This document shows, piece after piece, positions 1 to 10,246 of a DNA stretch of 32,000 nucleotides. The position numbers and the translations under genes were made by a program. The DNA lies in assembly GCF_016592615.1 (NCBI RefSeq), contig NZ_AP013043.1, positions 1,380,001 to 1,412,000 of the forward strand. The letters are read 5' to 3'. Every line of letters starts with the position of its first letter. Position 1 is the stretch's first letter. The notes below the pieces were generated by a model, which was not told where the DNA came from, made no database searches, and saw nothing but the letters and a program-made list of their open reading frames with translations. The stretch comes from Isorropodon fossajaponicum endosymbiont JTNG4. GTDB taxonomy: Bacteria > Pseudomonadota > Gammaproteobacteria > PS1 > Pseudothioglobaceae.

Positions 1-1702
1 TCCATGTGGGCTTTTTCAATCTCATCAGGCAGTAGCACAGCATACGGATTGGCATTAACTGCTTCAGTCAACAAGCCACCTTCATCATAGCCCACATAGC
101 CTGGTGGCGAGCCAATGAGTTTGGAAATTGAGTGACGCTCTCCATACTCGCTCATATCAAAACACAACAACTTAACGCCCATAATTCGAGCCAATTGCTT
201 GCAAATTTCTGTTTTACCCACTCCTGTTGGACCTGCAAAAAGAAAAGACCCCATTGGCTTATCAACTTGCGCCAAACCTGAGCGTAACAACTTAATCGCC
301 GTAGACAAGCTACTCAGTGCACGATCTTGTCCAAACACGCCCAATTTAAGTTCTGATTCTAAGTTTTTAAGTAAAGATTTATCATCATTAGTCACTTGTT
401 TAGACGGAATACGTGCTAATTTAGCAATAATATTTTCAATATCACCCGCGCCAATATTAATTTTACGTTTTGATTTAGGCTGAATCTGTTGATAAGCATC
501 TGCTTCATCAATCACATCAATGGCTTTATCTGGCAAGCGACGAGACGATCATTCATATAACGATGGGACAATTTAGCAGCAGAGCTTAATGCTGCTGCTG
601 AATATTTAACCTTATGATGCTTTTGGTAATATTTTTTAAGACCTTGTAAAATTTTGACAGTATCTGCCACCGAAGGCTTATCAATATCAATTTTTTGAAA
701 ACGACGTGACAGCGCATGATCTTTCTCAAACACTTTCCGATATTCTTCATAAGTGGTTGGCCCCATGCACCTAAGTGTGCCGTCAGCCAAAGCAGGTTTT
801 AACAAATTAGAGGCATCTAATGAGCCACCAGAAACACTATCTGCACCAATTAATGTATGAATTTCGTCAATAAACAAAATAGCCTGAGGAATTTTTTCTA
901 AATCTGTTAGTGCTGCTTTAAGGCGTTTTTCAAAATCACCTCGATATTTTGTACCTGCAATAAGCACGCCAATATCTAATGAATAAATACTAGCTTTCTT
1001 TAAAACGTCTGGCACTTTTCCTTCAACAATTTTCAAAGCAATGCCTTGTGCAACGGCTGTTTTACCAACACCAGCAAGACCAACAAACAATGGATTATTT
1101 TTACGGCGTCTGGATAACACTTGCACTGTGCGAATAACTCCCTCCTCTCTGCCAAGTAGGGGGTCTATTTGCCCAGATTTAGCTTTTTCACATAGGTTTA
1201 TTGTATAAGTTGCCAATGAGGATTGTTTGGGTTTTTTCTTGTCTAGTTCAATTTTTGGCTCACTTGTAATAGATTCTGGCACTCTATTTAAAATGCCTCC
1301 CATGGCATCTAGGCGTGAAATACTATTAAGTTTTAGCAAATAAACCGCATGAGACTCCTTTTCAGAAAAAATACTCACCAATACATTCATTGCATATACC
1401 GTATTTCTTTGTGCGGATTGCGCCTGATAAACACTGCGTTGTAAAACACGTTGAAAGCCTACTGTTGGCACAATATCAATATTAGAATCAAGCGCAATGA
1501 GTGATGTATGTGAATCAATATAACCTTCTAATTCATTTTTAAATTCATCGATATCAACCTGCTTATTTCTTAAAAACGTGACCACTTCATCAATATTAAG
1601 TAATGCTAAAAGAAAATGCTCAACCGTTACAAACTCCAAGCGATTATTGCGCGCTTGAGTCATAACATAATTAATCTCTTGTTGTAATCCTGTCTCAATC
1701 AT
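1..1702 (-). pseudogene. clpA: ClpA (Clp protease ATP-binding subunit), frameshifted; 3' end runs off the window
   Basis: Minus ORF 512..1726 encodes the ClpA N-domain plus AAA+ module 1 (Walker A 'GLAGVGKTAVAQG', Walker B 'LFIDEIHTLIG'). The likely start is ATG 1702 ('MIETGLQQEINY'). That frame ends at TGA 512-514. ClpA then continues in another frame from 536 to the window edge ('[15 protein letters not shown]', '[17 protein letters not shown]', '[10 protein letters not shown]'). Eight nt (537-544) sit between the NDR and LPDK codons, where a multiple of 3 is needed. Confidence 0.8.
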
Positions 1703-1709
1703 GGTTTTA

Positions 1710-1958
1710 TTATATCTCCAACTCACGCAATACGCACATTAATGGTTGTTCATTTTTACGTGCAAATTCCCTCTCCCCCTCCCTCTATGTGAATTTTAAG
1801 CATAATTGCTTGAGTCGCCTCTTCGCTTTTGGAAAAAAATTGCACAAGCACATCAATCACAAATTCCATGGTTGTGTAATCATCATTTAGCAACAATACT
1901 TGAAATTTATTTGGTTTTTTAACTTTGGTTTTGAAGTTTGTACTAGTGTCTTGGTCAT
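1710..1958 (-). pseudogene. clpS: ClpS adaptor remnant (frameshift plus internal deletion)
   Basis: The ATG at 1958 opens a frame that stops after 23 codons. The ClpS core '[53 protein letters not shown]' lies in a second frame; one more A in the run at 1915-1920 would join the two. The C-terminal '[18 protein letters not shown]' lies in a third frame. The remnant is about 250 nt against about 310 nt expected, and roughly 20 codons between 'GIC' and 'ARKNE' are missing. Confidence 0.7.
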
Positions 1959-1960
1959 AA

Positions 1961-3043
1961 CTAAGTTGCTGATTTTTTCTTTAATAATGCCCACACAAGA
2001 ACCAACACCACTAATGTTGGTATTGAGGCACTCAAGAAGTGATTATAGTCAAACCTAAGTGATAATACACCGCCAATACGCGAGGCTAACTCAAAAAACA
2101 AGCTCATCATCAAGCCTAAGGAAATCTTTTTACCAAGTGATGCATCGCGCAGTGAACCAAAAACGAACAACATTGAAAATAATATCATCGCAATCAAAGT
2201 AATGGGCTTCATAAGACGCTTATATATTTCGACCTCAAAAACATCAGCAGTAAGATGATTAATTGTTAAAAAACGTATTTGTTGATAAAGATGCCAAGTG
2301 GATAGTTCACGTGGGTCTTTTTTAAGGCTTTCTATCAATTTTTGATTAAACGACACCTGGACACTATATTTCTCAAAATGATTTTCAGAAAACGTTATCA
2401 AGTTACCATTCTTACCTAACTGATAACGGACTGACTGACCAAGTTCTAAGTTATCCCCATTAGAAGTAGCGCTATCAGAATGTACGATAGAATCCAACGT
2501 ATCTGGCGTTCGTAATTTAATAAGGGTGACATCTTGGAACGATTTACCATCAAAATTTTTCTTAACATGGATAAAAAGCCCACTGTCTTTCAGCCAAAAT
2601 CCTTGTTGATTCTTAAACGTCGTATTTTGCCCTAGTGCTCTAGCGCGCGAACCTTCTGCATACTCAGTCGTTATTGGTGCAATCAGCTCACCTATAACAA
2701 TAACAATTGCAATAAACACCAGCGCAGCCCGAACAACAATATTTGAAATTTGCATGATTGATACACCTGCACTTCTAATAACAACCAACTGAGAAGTAGA
2801 TGCCAGATGGCCTAATGCCAAAAGCGAACCTAGTAAAATAATAACTGATGAATGCGAATACATCACTGCAGGGATATCTGAAATCACGTATTTTGTCGCT
2901 TCGAATACCGTGTAATCAGCTTGTCCTATAAACTTAACTTCTTCAAGAAAGTTAAAAAACGCATAAATACCTAGCCAAACCAGCATAACGGCTAATGTGT
3001 AAAAGGCCATGGTTTTAACAATGTAGCGGTCTAAAATTTTCAT
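1961..3043 (-). CDS. lptG: LPS export ABC permease, LptG-like (YjgP/YjgQ family)
   Basis: 360-aa ORF with N-terminus '[11 protein letters not shown]', as in LptG/LptF 'LDRYIGKT'. It has three N-terminal TM segments, a long periplasmic loop and three C-terminal TM segments. Confidence 0.7.
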   Translation of the reverse strand: MKILDRYIVKTMAFYTLAVMLVWLGIYAFFNFLEEVKFIGQADYTVFEATKYVISDIPAVMYSHSSVIILLGSLLALGHLASTSQLVVIRSAGVSIMQISNIVVRAALVFIAIVIVIGELIAPITTEYAEGSRARALGQNTTFKNQQGFWLKDSGLFIHVKKNFDGKSFQDVTLIKLRTPDTLDSIVHSDSATSNGDNLELGQSVRYQLGKNGNLITFSENHFEKYSVQVSFNQKLIESLKKDPRELSTWHLYQQIRFLTINHLTADVFEVEIYKRLMKPITLIAMILFSMLFVFGSLRDASLGKKISLGLMMSLFFELASRIGGVLSLRFDYNHFLSASIPTLVVLVLVWALLKKKSAT

Positions 3044-3085
3044 TAAAATAGTCGTCTTAAAATAGAATTATTTAGCGTTGACACC

Positions 3086-4651
3086 ATGATGAACAATATT
3101 CACTTTGATAGAATCCTTATTCTTGATTTTGGCTCTCAATATACCCAACTTATTGCCCGTCGTGTGCGTGAAATTGGCGTTTATTGTGAATTATTTCCCT
3201 ATGATGTAGGTAGTGGCTTTATTAAAAAATTCAATCCTAAAGGCATCATTCTTTCAGGCGGACCTGACACAGTAACACTTGATAACTCTGCCAGAGCGCC
3301 AAGTATTGTATTTGATCTCAACGTACCGATACTGGGCATTTGTTATGGCATGCAAACCATGGCGATACAACTTGGTGGTCGTGCCACTTCAGCCAACAAA
3401 CATGAGTATGGTTTTGCCAAAGTTCGTGTTCGAAACCACTCGCCACTACTCAGTGGTATTAGTGATGAAGGTCATGGTTTATTAGATGTATGGATGAGCC
3501 ACGGAATTGAAGTAGAACAATTACCAGATGGATTTAAACTGATTGCTTCTACAGATAACTGTGATATAGCAGGATTTGCCAATGTAGAAAAACATTATTA
3601 TGGCTTACAATTTCATCCAGAGGTTACTCATACCAAACAGGGTGAACACATTTTAGAACGCTTTATCAGCGGTATTTGTCAGTGTGAAAAAAACTGGACA
3701 ACGGATAATATCATCACTGAATTAGTACAAAGCCTTAAAGATCAAATTGGTGATGCTAATGTCTTATTAGGGCTATCTGGTGGTGTGGATTCCTCAGTAG
3801 TTGCCATACTTTTGCAACAAGCGGTGGGTGAACAGCTTACTTGTGTATTTGTTGATAATGGTCTCTTACGCCTCAACGAAGGGGATGAAGTTATGCAAAC
3901 CTTTGCGCAAAATATGGGTGTGAAAGTCATACGTGCTAATGCTCAGGAAAAATTCTATAATGCCCTATCAAATGAAGATGAGCCTGAGGTAAAACGCAAA
4001 ATTATCGGCCGTGCATTTATTGAAGTGTTTGAAGAAGAAGCTAAAAAACTCGACAACATTCAATTTTTAGCCCAAGGTACGATTTACCCTGATGTTATTG
4101 AATCAGCAGGCGCAAAATCTGGCAAAGCCAAAGTCATTAAATCACACCATAATGTTGGTGGCTTACCAGACGATTTACAATTCAAATTGGTGGAGCCTCT
4201 TAAAGAATTGTTCAAAGACGAAGTGCGCAAAATTGGCGTTAAGCTCGGTATTCCGCCACATATGCTTTATCGCCATCCATTCCCAGGCCCTGGGCTAGGT
4301 GTGCGTATCCTAGGGCAAGTGAAACAAGAATACGCCGATATTTTAAGGCAAGCTGATGCTATTTTCATAGATGAGTTGTATAAAAACGATTTATACGACA
4401 CAGTCAACCAAGCCTTTGCTGTATTCCTACCCATTAAATCAGTCGGCGTTACTGGGGATGAACGTCGTTATGACTACGTTATTGCACTACGTGCTGTTAA
4501 AACCATTGATTTTATGACAGCTCGCTGGGCAAGATTGCCGTATGATTTTCTAGATTTGGTGTCTAACCGAATCATGAATGAAATTTCTCGTATTTCACGT
4601 GTGGTTTATGATGTTTCTGGTAAGCCACCAGCAACCATTGAATGGGAATAA
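3086..4651 (+). CDS. guaA: GMP synthase (glutamine-hydrolysing)
   Basis: 521 aa. GATase catalytic motif 'LGICYGMQ', ATP-PPase P-loop 'LSGGVDSSV' and C-terminal 'KPPATIEWE'. Confidence 0.95.
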   Translation: MMNNIHFDRILILDFGSQYTQLIARRVREIGVYCELFPYDVGSGFIKKFNPKGIILSGGPDTVTLDNSARAPSIVFDLNVPILGICYGMQTMAIQLGGRATSANKHEYGFAKVRVRNHSPLLSGISDEGHGLLDVWMSHGIEVEQLPDGFKLIASTDNCDIAGFANVEKHYYGLQFHPEVTHTKQGEHILERFISGICQCEKNWTTDNIITELVQSLKDQIGDANVLLGLSGGVDSSVVAILLQQAVGEQLTCVFVDNGLLRLNEGDEVMQTFAQNMGVKVIRANAQEKFYNALSNEDEPEVKRKIIGRAFIEVFEEEAKKLDNIQFLAQGTIYPDVIESAGAKSGKAKVIKSHHNVGGLPDDLQFKLVEPLKELFKDEVRKIGVKLGIPPHMLYRHPFPGPGLGVRILGQVKQEYADILRQADAIFIDELYKNDLYDTVNQAFAVFLPIKSVGVTGDERRYDYVIALRAVKTIDFMTARWARLPYDFLDLVSNRIMNEISRISRVVYDVSGKPPATIEWE

Positions 4652-5112
4652 ACACATCGACTGATATACAGTGGATGATGCTTGCTATTGAACAAGCAAA
4701 ACAAGCACAAGAAGTAGGTGAGGTGCCTGTTGGTGCGATTTTAATACAAAACAATCAATTAATTGTTAGTGCACACAACCAACCTATTTCAAACAACGAC
4801 CCAACTGCCCATGCAGAAATACAATTATTACGCGCTGCAGGCAAGCAATTAAACAACTATCGACTGTCTAATACAACCTTATATGTTACCTTGGAGCCTT
4901 GTGCTATGTGCTTAGGTGCTATAGTGCATGCGCGTGTATCACGTATCGTGTTTGGTGCTTATGATCAAAAATCAGGTGTTTGCGGGTCGTGTATAGATTT
5001 GTCAAGCAGTCAATGTTTTAACCATTCAATTAGTATTCAAGGCGGCATTTTCGCTGACCGATGCAAAGATCTATTACAACAATTTTTTAAGAGTCGCAGA
5101 ACAAATATCTAA
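4642..5112 (+). CDS. tadA: tRNA adenosine(34) deaminase
   Basis: 156 aa with the CDA zinc motifs 'HAE' and 'PCAMC'. It overlaps the guaA stop by 10 nt. Confidence 0.85.
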   Translation: MGINTSTDIQWMMLAIEQAKQAQEVGEVPVGAILIQNNQLIVSAHNQPISNNDPTAHAEIQLLRAAGKQLNNYRLSNTTLYVTLEPCAMCLGAIVHARVSRIVFGAYDQKSGVCGSCIDLSSSQCFNHSISIQGGIFADRCKDLLQQFFKSRRTNI

Positions 5113-5175
5113 TTCCATTTACAAAAAAAAAATGACAGTAAAGTTTCTTTTCATTTTTAGACAATCATAATTTAT

Positions 5176-5200
5176 AACTCAATCGTTGAGTTTTTTATTT
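5176..5200 (+). terminator. Rho-independent terminator after tadA
   Basis: Stem aactcaa (5176-5182), loop tcg, stem ttgagtt (5186-5192), running into a T-rich tail (tttttatttt). Confidence 0.55.
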
Positions 5201-5211
5201 TAATAAGTTCA

Positions 5212-7218
5212 TTATCTATTGCTTGTTTGATATTTTTCTGCTATTTCTTTTTGTTTGTTTATATCAAAACTACCATCATTATTTACAGGCATTTTTATTC
5301 TTATATCGTAACTAGCAATCTTATTGAAATATAACTTAGTTCGATAGTTAACATCTGTCTTTAATATTTCCTTTTCTAGTTGTATTTTTAAAAAATCTAA
5401 GTCTATGCAAGAAACTTGAGGCACAACTTAAGCAACCACATCAATAAAACTAAACTCTTTAGCATCTCTTATAAAGCAATATCCAACACTACCATCTAAA
5501 TTAAAAAGAACAGATTTTTCAGTACAATACCTTAACTTTTCTGCAATTAAAAAATCTTTATCAATAAACCCCATTACACTACCCTCATCTTTTGAAGATG
5601 AATAAACAGGCACATTTCCTTTATGTGAATTGATGGTTGATTTTGTAATTCTTTTCCCTCTAATCAATTGCCCAACTCAAACAAGGCTCATCGTAATCAA
5701 AAGTCTTTTTTTGCAAAAATTCCTGAAGTATTTCCAGAGAATAAAGGATATGAACCTTGATTGACATGAGCATAATTTTTTGTATATTTTCCGTTGCCTC
5801 TTTGGATATAAAAAATATCAGAAATTAAAAATTTCTTATATGTTATTTCTTCTTTGAGGTTGCTACTACCACTAGTGACATAAGGTGGATTGGTTAAGAT
5901 TAAATCGTATTCATTTTTAACTGGCTCACTAAGAGTGCCTAAAATAGGATTGGTTTTAAGATTAAAAGTTTCGTTAAATAACTTAGAAAACTCTTTAGTC
6001 AAATGTGGGTTTTCTTTAATTAAATCAGAAAATAAATCAGCATATTAGCTTTTGCCAAAATAATAGTTTTCTGTTCATCTTTATCAAAAACCCCTACCCT
6101 AATAGTAATTTTAGGAATAACTTCTGTATCGGTAATTTGATATAAATCAGGTAATTTACTTTTAACTGGTTCTAATAAAAATTTTCCAACACCACACGCT
6201 GGATCACAAATTACAGCTCCTTCCTTGATTTCATTAGTAGCCATTTTCTCAATACCTCTAATAACCTTAAGCGGTGTAAAAAACTGCCCCAGTTTTTTTG
6301 CTAATACTTGCTTTTAAAAAACTTTCAAAAAATTGTGATTTAAAATCATGATTGATATTTTCTAATTTCCAATACTTTTTTAAAAACTGTACTGTATCCA
6401 GAAATTGATTTTTGGTCTTTGCTAACAAAAATAGTGCCATTAGTAATTGTTGTGTTGTCTATTGGATTATGAGGGAATAAGTCTTTGATATTTTTTCTAA
6501 TATTATCTGCGTAATATTGCAAAACCTTATCATCAGTATTATTTTCAACATACATTAGCATTAAAGAATCAAAACTGTAACGATTTTTTAACACTTTTAA
6601 ATCACTTAAATATTTAAAAATAAACAATTCAACAAAGGTATATAAGCAATTTTTAGGTGTCGCACCCGATACACTCCAAATATCTTGCCAAATTTGTTTG
6701 GCTTAATCTGTAGGATTAACAAACTTTAAAGGGGTAATTTGATTATTATTCTCATCAATTGAACTAATAATTTTTTCAATCAATTTAACCAAATTACTGT
6801 CTGTTGTTACTTCTATTGGATTCCAATTGTCTGTGACTTCGCTTTTATCTTCATTTAGGATTTCCTGACCTGTTCCTAACATTAACCCGAATGGTTTGCA
6901 AAGTGTCAGTAGCAATAATAATTGGTTAATCTAATTTTCTAGCAACCACCACAATTCCTGTTTTATTGCTTTGTTTTGTTTGACTTTTGTATTAAATTCT
7001 TTGGGTGTTTTATTTTCAATAATTGCAATTACTTCTTTTTGACAGACGATAATACCATCTACTTTTTTACGCTCAAATATCTTGCCGTAATCAATATTGC
7101 GAATAATAATATTTTCTTTTAATGCTCTAATTGAGGTTGCACCAATATTATAAAAATCCCATTTGCCTATTTTTCCAGGTTTTTTATTTAGCCCTCTTTG
7201 TAGTAATTCTTCACTCAT
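5212..7218 (-). pseudogene. Single-chain restriction-modification enzyme (type IIG-like: PD-ExK nuclease + gamma-class N6-adenine methyltransferase + specificity domains), heavily degraded
   Basis: Seven consecutive minus-strand ORF pieces read as one gene. The N-terminal piece carries a PD-(D/E)xK-like 'VDGIIVCQKEVIAIIENK'. Next comes an HsdM-N-like 'FVELFIFKYLSDL', then 'GQFFTPLKVI' and SAM motif I 'VICDPACGVGKFL'. Catalytic motif IV is 'LTNPPYV'. Two HsdS-like target-recognition pieces follow ('GSYPLFSGNTSG', 'GNVPVYSSSKDEG'). The pieces are separated by in-frame stops (TAG 6931-6933, TAA 6703-6705, TAA 5428-5430) and at least 3 frameshifts. About 670 codons remain, so internal deletions are also likely. 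Confidence 0.75.
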
Positions 7219-7285
7219 ATTATTAAGTCTTTAATTCCTTATAATCTCTTGTTATTATCAATTACCTTGAGCAATGATACCAATT

Positions 7286-8032
7286 TTAAACCGTGTACAT
7301 GCCGCCATTCACATGCAATGTTTGTGCTGTGATATAGGCACCACCATCACTTGCTAAAAACAATACTGCATTGGCAACTTCATCAACTGTACCTAAACGA
7401 CTCATTGGAATTTGCTGAGATAAAGCTACTCTTTGCTCTTCAGGTAATGCATTAGTCATATCTGTTTCAATAAAACCAGGCGCAACTGCATTAACAGTAA
7501 TGCCACGAGAACCCACTTCACGAGCCAATGACTTAGTAAAGCCCATGATGCCTGCCTTAGCAGCAGCATAGTTAGTTTGGCCTGCATTGCCCATAGCACC
7601 TACAACAGAAGCAATAGAAATAATGCGACCTGCTTTTTTCTTCATCATGCCACGCAATACGGCTTTTGACATTTTATAAACAGAAGTCAAGTTGGTGCTC
7701 ATAATATCATCCCATTCATCTTCTTTCATACGCATGAGTAGATTATCACGAGTAATACCTGCATTATTAACTAAGATATCGATAGCACCATAAGTGCCAA
7801 CAATAGACTTTATTACCTCAGCAATTTGATCATTATTAGTCACATTAAGTGTCATGCCTATACCTATCATCCCATTGTCTTTTAATGTGGTACTAATTGC
7901 ACTTGCGCCTTTATCGCTAGTTGCTGTGCCAATGACGGTTGCACCTGCTGCACCTAAAACCAAAGCAATTGCTTGACCAATACCGCGACTTGCGCCTGTT
8001 ACTAATACGGTTTTTCCTTTCAAATTATTCAT
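7286..8032 (-). CDS. fabG: 3-oxoacyl-ACP reductase
   Basis: 248 aa SDR with 'TGASRGIGQAIA' and the 'YAAAKAG' (YxxxK) motif. Overlaps the fabD stop by 4 nt. Confidence 0.9.
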   Translation of the reverse strand: MNNLKGKTVLVTGASRGIGQAIALVLGAAGATVIGTATSDKGASAISTTLKDNGMIGIGMTLNVTNNDQIAEVIKSIVGTYGAIDILVNNAGITRDNLLMRMKEDEWDDIMSTNLTSVYKMSKAVLRGMMKKKAGRIISIASVVGAMGNAGQTNYAAAKAGIMGFTKSLAREVGSRGITVNAVAPGFIETDMTNALPEEQRVALSQQIPMSRLGTVDEVANAVLFLASDGGAYITAQTLHVNGGMYTV

Positions 8033-8964
8033 GATAAGATTTCCTCTAAAGTTGTTTCTATACTGGCTGAATCCAATATGGCATTGGCCGTTAATGATTT
8101 TTCAATTCTTCTTGTTAGACCTGTAAGTACCTTGCCTGGGCCAGATTCAATTAATTTTTCAACACCCATATTGTGCATCGCTTGAACAGTGCTTGTCCAT
8201 AACACTGGCCTGTGTAGTTGTGCGACTAATTTGGCTTTTATGTCATCCACGTTAGTTGCTTTAAGTGCATCAAAGTTATGCAACACATCAACACTACTTT
8301 GATTAAACTGAACGACATCTACAGCGTTTTTAAACTCAGCTGCTGCATCATTCATTAGTGAGCAATGTGATGGCACACTAACTGGCAATATTACTGCACG
8401 TTTGGCACCTGCAGTTTTCATCAATTGACAAACTGCTTCTACAGCTTCTTTATTGCCTGCAATAACCACCTGTCCTAATGAATTAAAGTTAACCGCCTCA
8501 ACAATACCACGACCTGAATAATCTGTGCATAATTTAACCACAACCATGTCTTCTAAGCCCAGAATAGCCGCCATTGCACCCACCCCTTCAGGCACTGCTG
8601 ATTGCATCAATTCTGCACGTTTTCTAACCAGTTTAATGCCATCACTAAACCCTAAAGCACCTGATGCTACTAAGGCTGTATATTCACCTAAACTATGCCC
8701 CGCCATACAAACAGGTGATAAATCATGTTGATGGGTAAGCGCCAAATAAGTTGCATAGCCTGCAGTCAACATGGCTGGTTGGGTATTTTGTGTTTGATTA
8801 AGGGCGTCGTCTTGGTCTTGTTGTGTTAATGCCCAAAGGTCAAAGCCCAACATGTCACTTGCCTCAGTAAATGTTTCTTTTACAATGGAATAATGATTAG
8901 CAAGTTCTGACAACATGCCCAAAGATTGTGATCCCTGACCTGGGAATATGATGGCGTATTTCAT
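8029..8964 (-). CDS. fabD: Malonyl-CoA:ACP transacylase
   Basis: 311 aa. N-terminal 'FPGQGSQ' and active-site 'GHSLGEY'. Confidence 0.9.
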   Translation of the reverse strand: MKYAIIFPGQGSQSLGMLSELANHYSIVKETFTEASDMLGFDLWALTQQDQDDALNQTQNTQPAMLTAGYATYLALTHQHDLSPVCMAGHSLGEYTALVASGALGFSDGIKLVRKRAELMQSAVPEGVGAMAAILGLEDMVVVKLCTDYSGRGIVEAVNFNSLGQVVIAGNKEAVEAVCQLMKTAGAKRAVILPVSVPSHCSLMNDAAAEFKNAVDVVQFNQSSVDVLHNFDALKATNVDDIKAKLVAQLHRPVLWTSTVQAMHNMGVEKLIESGPGKVLTGLTRRIEKSLTANAILDSASIETTLEEILS

Positions 8965-9004
8965 AAAATTTTAAACAAACGAGATAGCCATATTTTAATT
9001 AATA

Positions 9005-9029
9005 AAAAAGCGCTCGAAAAGCGCTTTTT
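9005..9029 (-). terminator. Bidirectional hairpin terminator downstream of rpmA
   Basis: Perfect inverted repeat aaaaagcgct (9005-9014) / agcgcttttt (9020-9029) with a 5-nt loop. There is a T-run 3' of the stem on both strands. Confidence 0.5.
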
Positions 9030-9052
9030 AAAAATAATATCGATGCTTGAAA

Positions 9053-9310
9053 TTATGCAGTTTCAATCGAAACATATTGGCGCATAAATTTACCTTTTTT
9101 AGCAAAGACAACTCTGCCATTCATTGTGGCGAATAACGTGTCGTCTTTACCCTTGCGAACGTTAGTACCTGGATGAAATTTAGTGCCTCTTTGACGGACT
9201 AAAATATTACCAGCTAACACAACTTGACCACCAAATCTTTTAACACCTAGACGTTTTGATACAGAGTCTCTACCGTTATTAGTACTGCCGCCTGCTTTTT
9301 TATGCGCCAT
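9053..9310 (-). CDS. rpmA: 50S ribosomal protein L27
   Basis: 85 aa, '[16 protein letters not shown]'. Confidence 0.95.
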   Translation of the reverse strand: MAHKKAGGSTNNGRDSVSKRLGVKRFGGQVVLAGNILVRQRGTKFHPGTNVRKGKDDTLFATMNGRVVFAKKGKFMRQYVSIETA

Positions 9311-9321
9311 AAATTACTCCT

Positions 9322-9633
9322 TTACGCCTTAATTTTAACAATTTCAATTTCAGTAAACAACTGGCGATGACCTTGTTGTTTCATTGAATGTTTACGGCGA
9401 CGGAATTTAAGGATGTGTACTTTTTTCCCCTTGCCTTGTGAAATAATTTTTGCCTCAACAGTTGCTTTAGGCACAAAAGGCGTACCCACTTGAACATTAT
9501 CACCATCGGCAACCATTAATATCTCTTTAAAAGTAACTGTCTTACCAGACTCAATCTCTAATTTTTCAATTTTTAAAGTTGTGCCTTGTTCAACTCTAAA
9601 TTGTTGACCACCTGTCTTAATAACTGCGTACAT
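9322..9633 (-). CDS. rplU: 50S ribosomal protein L21
   Basis: 103 aa, 'MYAVIKTGGQQFRV'. Confidence 0.95.
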   Translation of the reverse strand: MYAVIKTGGQQFRVEQGTTLKIEKLEIESGKTVTFKEILMVADGDNVQVGTPFVPKATVEAKIISQGKGKKVHILKFRRRKHSMKQQGHRQLFTEIEIVKIKA

Positions 9634-9670
9634 AACTAATCCTAAATATGCTTGGCTAAAAAAGGACGTA

Positions 9671-9698
9671 ATTATACTTGAACGTTTAGCTTTGTGAA
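9671..9698 (-). promoter_or_regulatory. Candidate sigma70 promoter for rplU-rpmA
   Basis: On the minus strand: TTCACA (9698-9693), a 16-nt spacer, then TATAAT (9676-9671). The -10 element lies about 38 nt upstream of the rplU ATG. Confidence 0.35.
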
Positions 9699-9757
9699 GT
9701 TTGTTTAATGAAATTCTAACGTATAATTACATTTTTTCTTCAAATGGATTTTAACAC

Positions 9758-10246
9758 ATGGTTATTTTTGAAACCAACATGGGCAATATTCACATTCACG
9801 TTGACACTAAAAACGCACCAGTTAGTGCACAGAACTTTATTGATTATGCGGATGATGGCTTTTATGACGACACTATTTTTCATCGTGTGATTAAAAATTT
9901 TATGATTCAAGGTGGTGGCTTTACAAAAGACATGAGCGAAAAAAATACCAAGGCTAACATCGAAAATGAAGCCAAAAATGGCTTAAAAAATACCAAATAT
10001 TCACTGGCTATGGCTAGGACTTCTGCACCACACTCTGCCAGTTCACAATTCTTTATCAACACATCTGATAACTCATTCTTAGATTTTCCCGGGCAAGATG
10101 GTTGGGGCTATTGCGTATTTGGTGGCGTTGTTGAAGGCTTTGAAATCGTTGACAAAATCAACCATGTTTCTACTGGCAATAAGGGCGGGCATGGTGACGT
10201 GCCAAATGACCCCATTATTGTCAATAAGGCATACAGCACCTCATAA
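9758..10246 (+). CDS. ppiB: Peptidyl-prolyl cis-trans isomerase B (cyclophilin)
   Basis: 162 aa, 'FHRVIKNFMIQGGG' and 'SQFFIN'. Confidence 0.9.
   Translation: MVIFETNMGNIHIHVDTKNAPVSAQNFIDYADDGFYDDTIFHRVIKNFMIQGGGFTKDMSEKNTKANIENEAKNGLKNTKYSLAMARTSAPHSASSQFFINTSDNSFLDFPGQDGWGYCVFGGVVEGFEIVDKINHVSTGNKGGHGDVPNDPIIVNKAYSTS

Noticed and set aside
199-483. 94-aa plus-strand ORF inside the clpA region.
   Set aside because: It is an antisense shadow of the ClpA second AAA+ module. The minus strand reads '[17 protein letters not shown]', while the plus-strand product has no recognisable motif.
3279-4754. Short ORFs 3279..3485, 3742..3930, 4092..4298 and 4572..4754.
   Set aside because: All lie inside or antisense to guaA/tadA, in alternative frames. 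They are low-complexity with no motifs.
8525-8731. 68-aa ORF antisense to fabD.
   Set aside because: Shadow ORF inside a well-supported gene.
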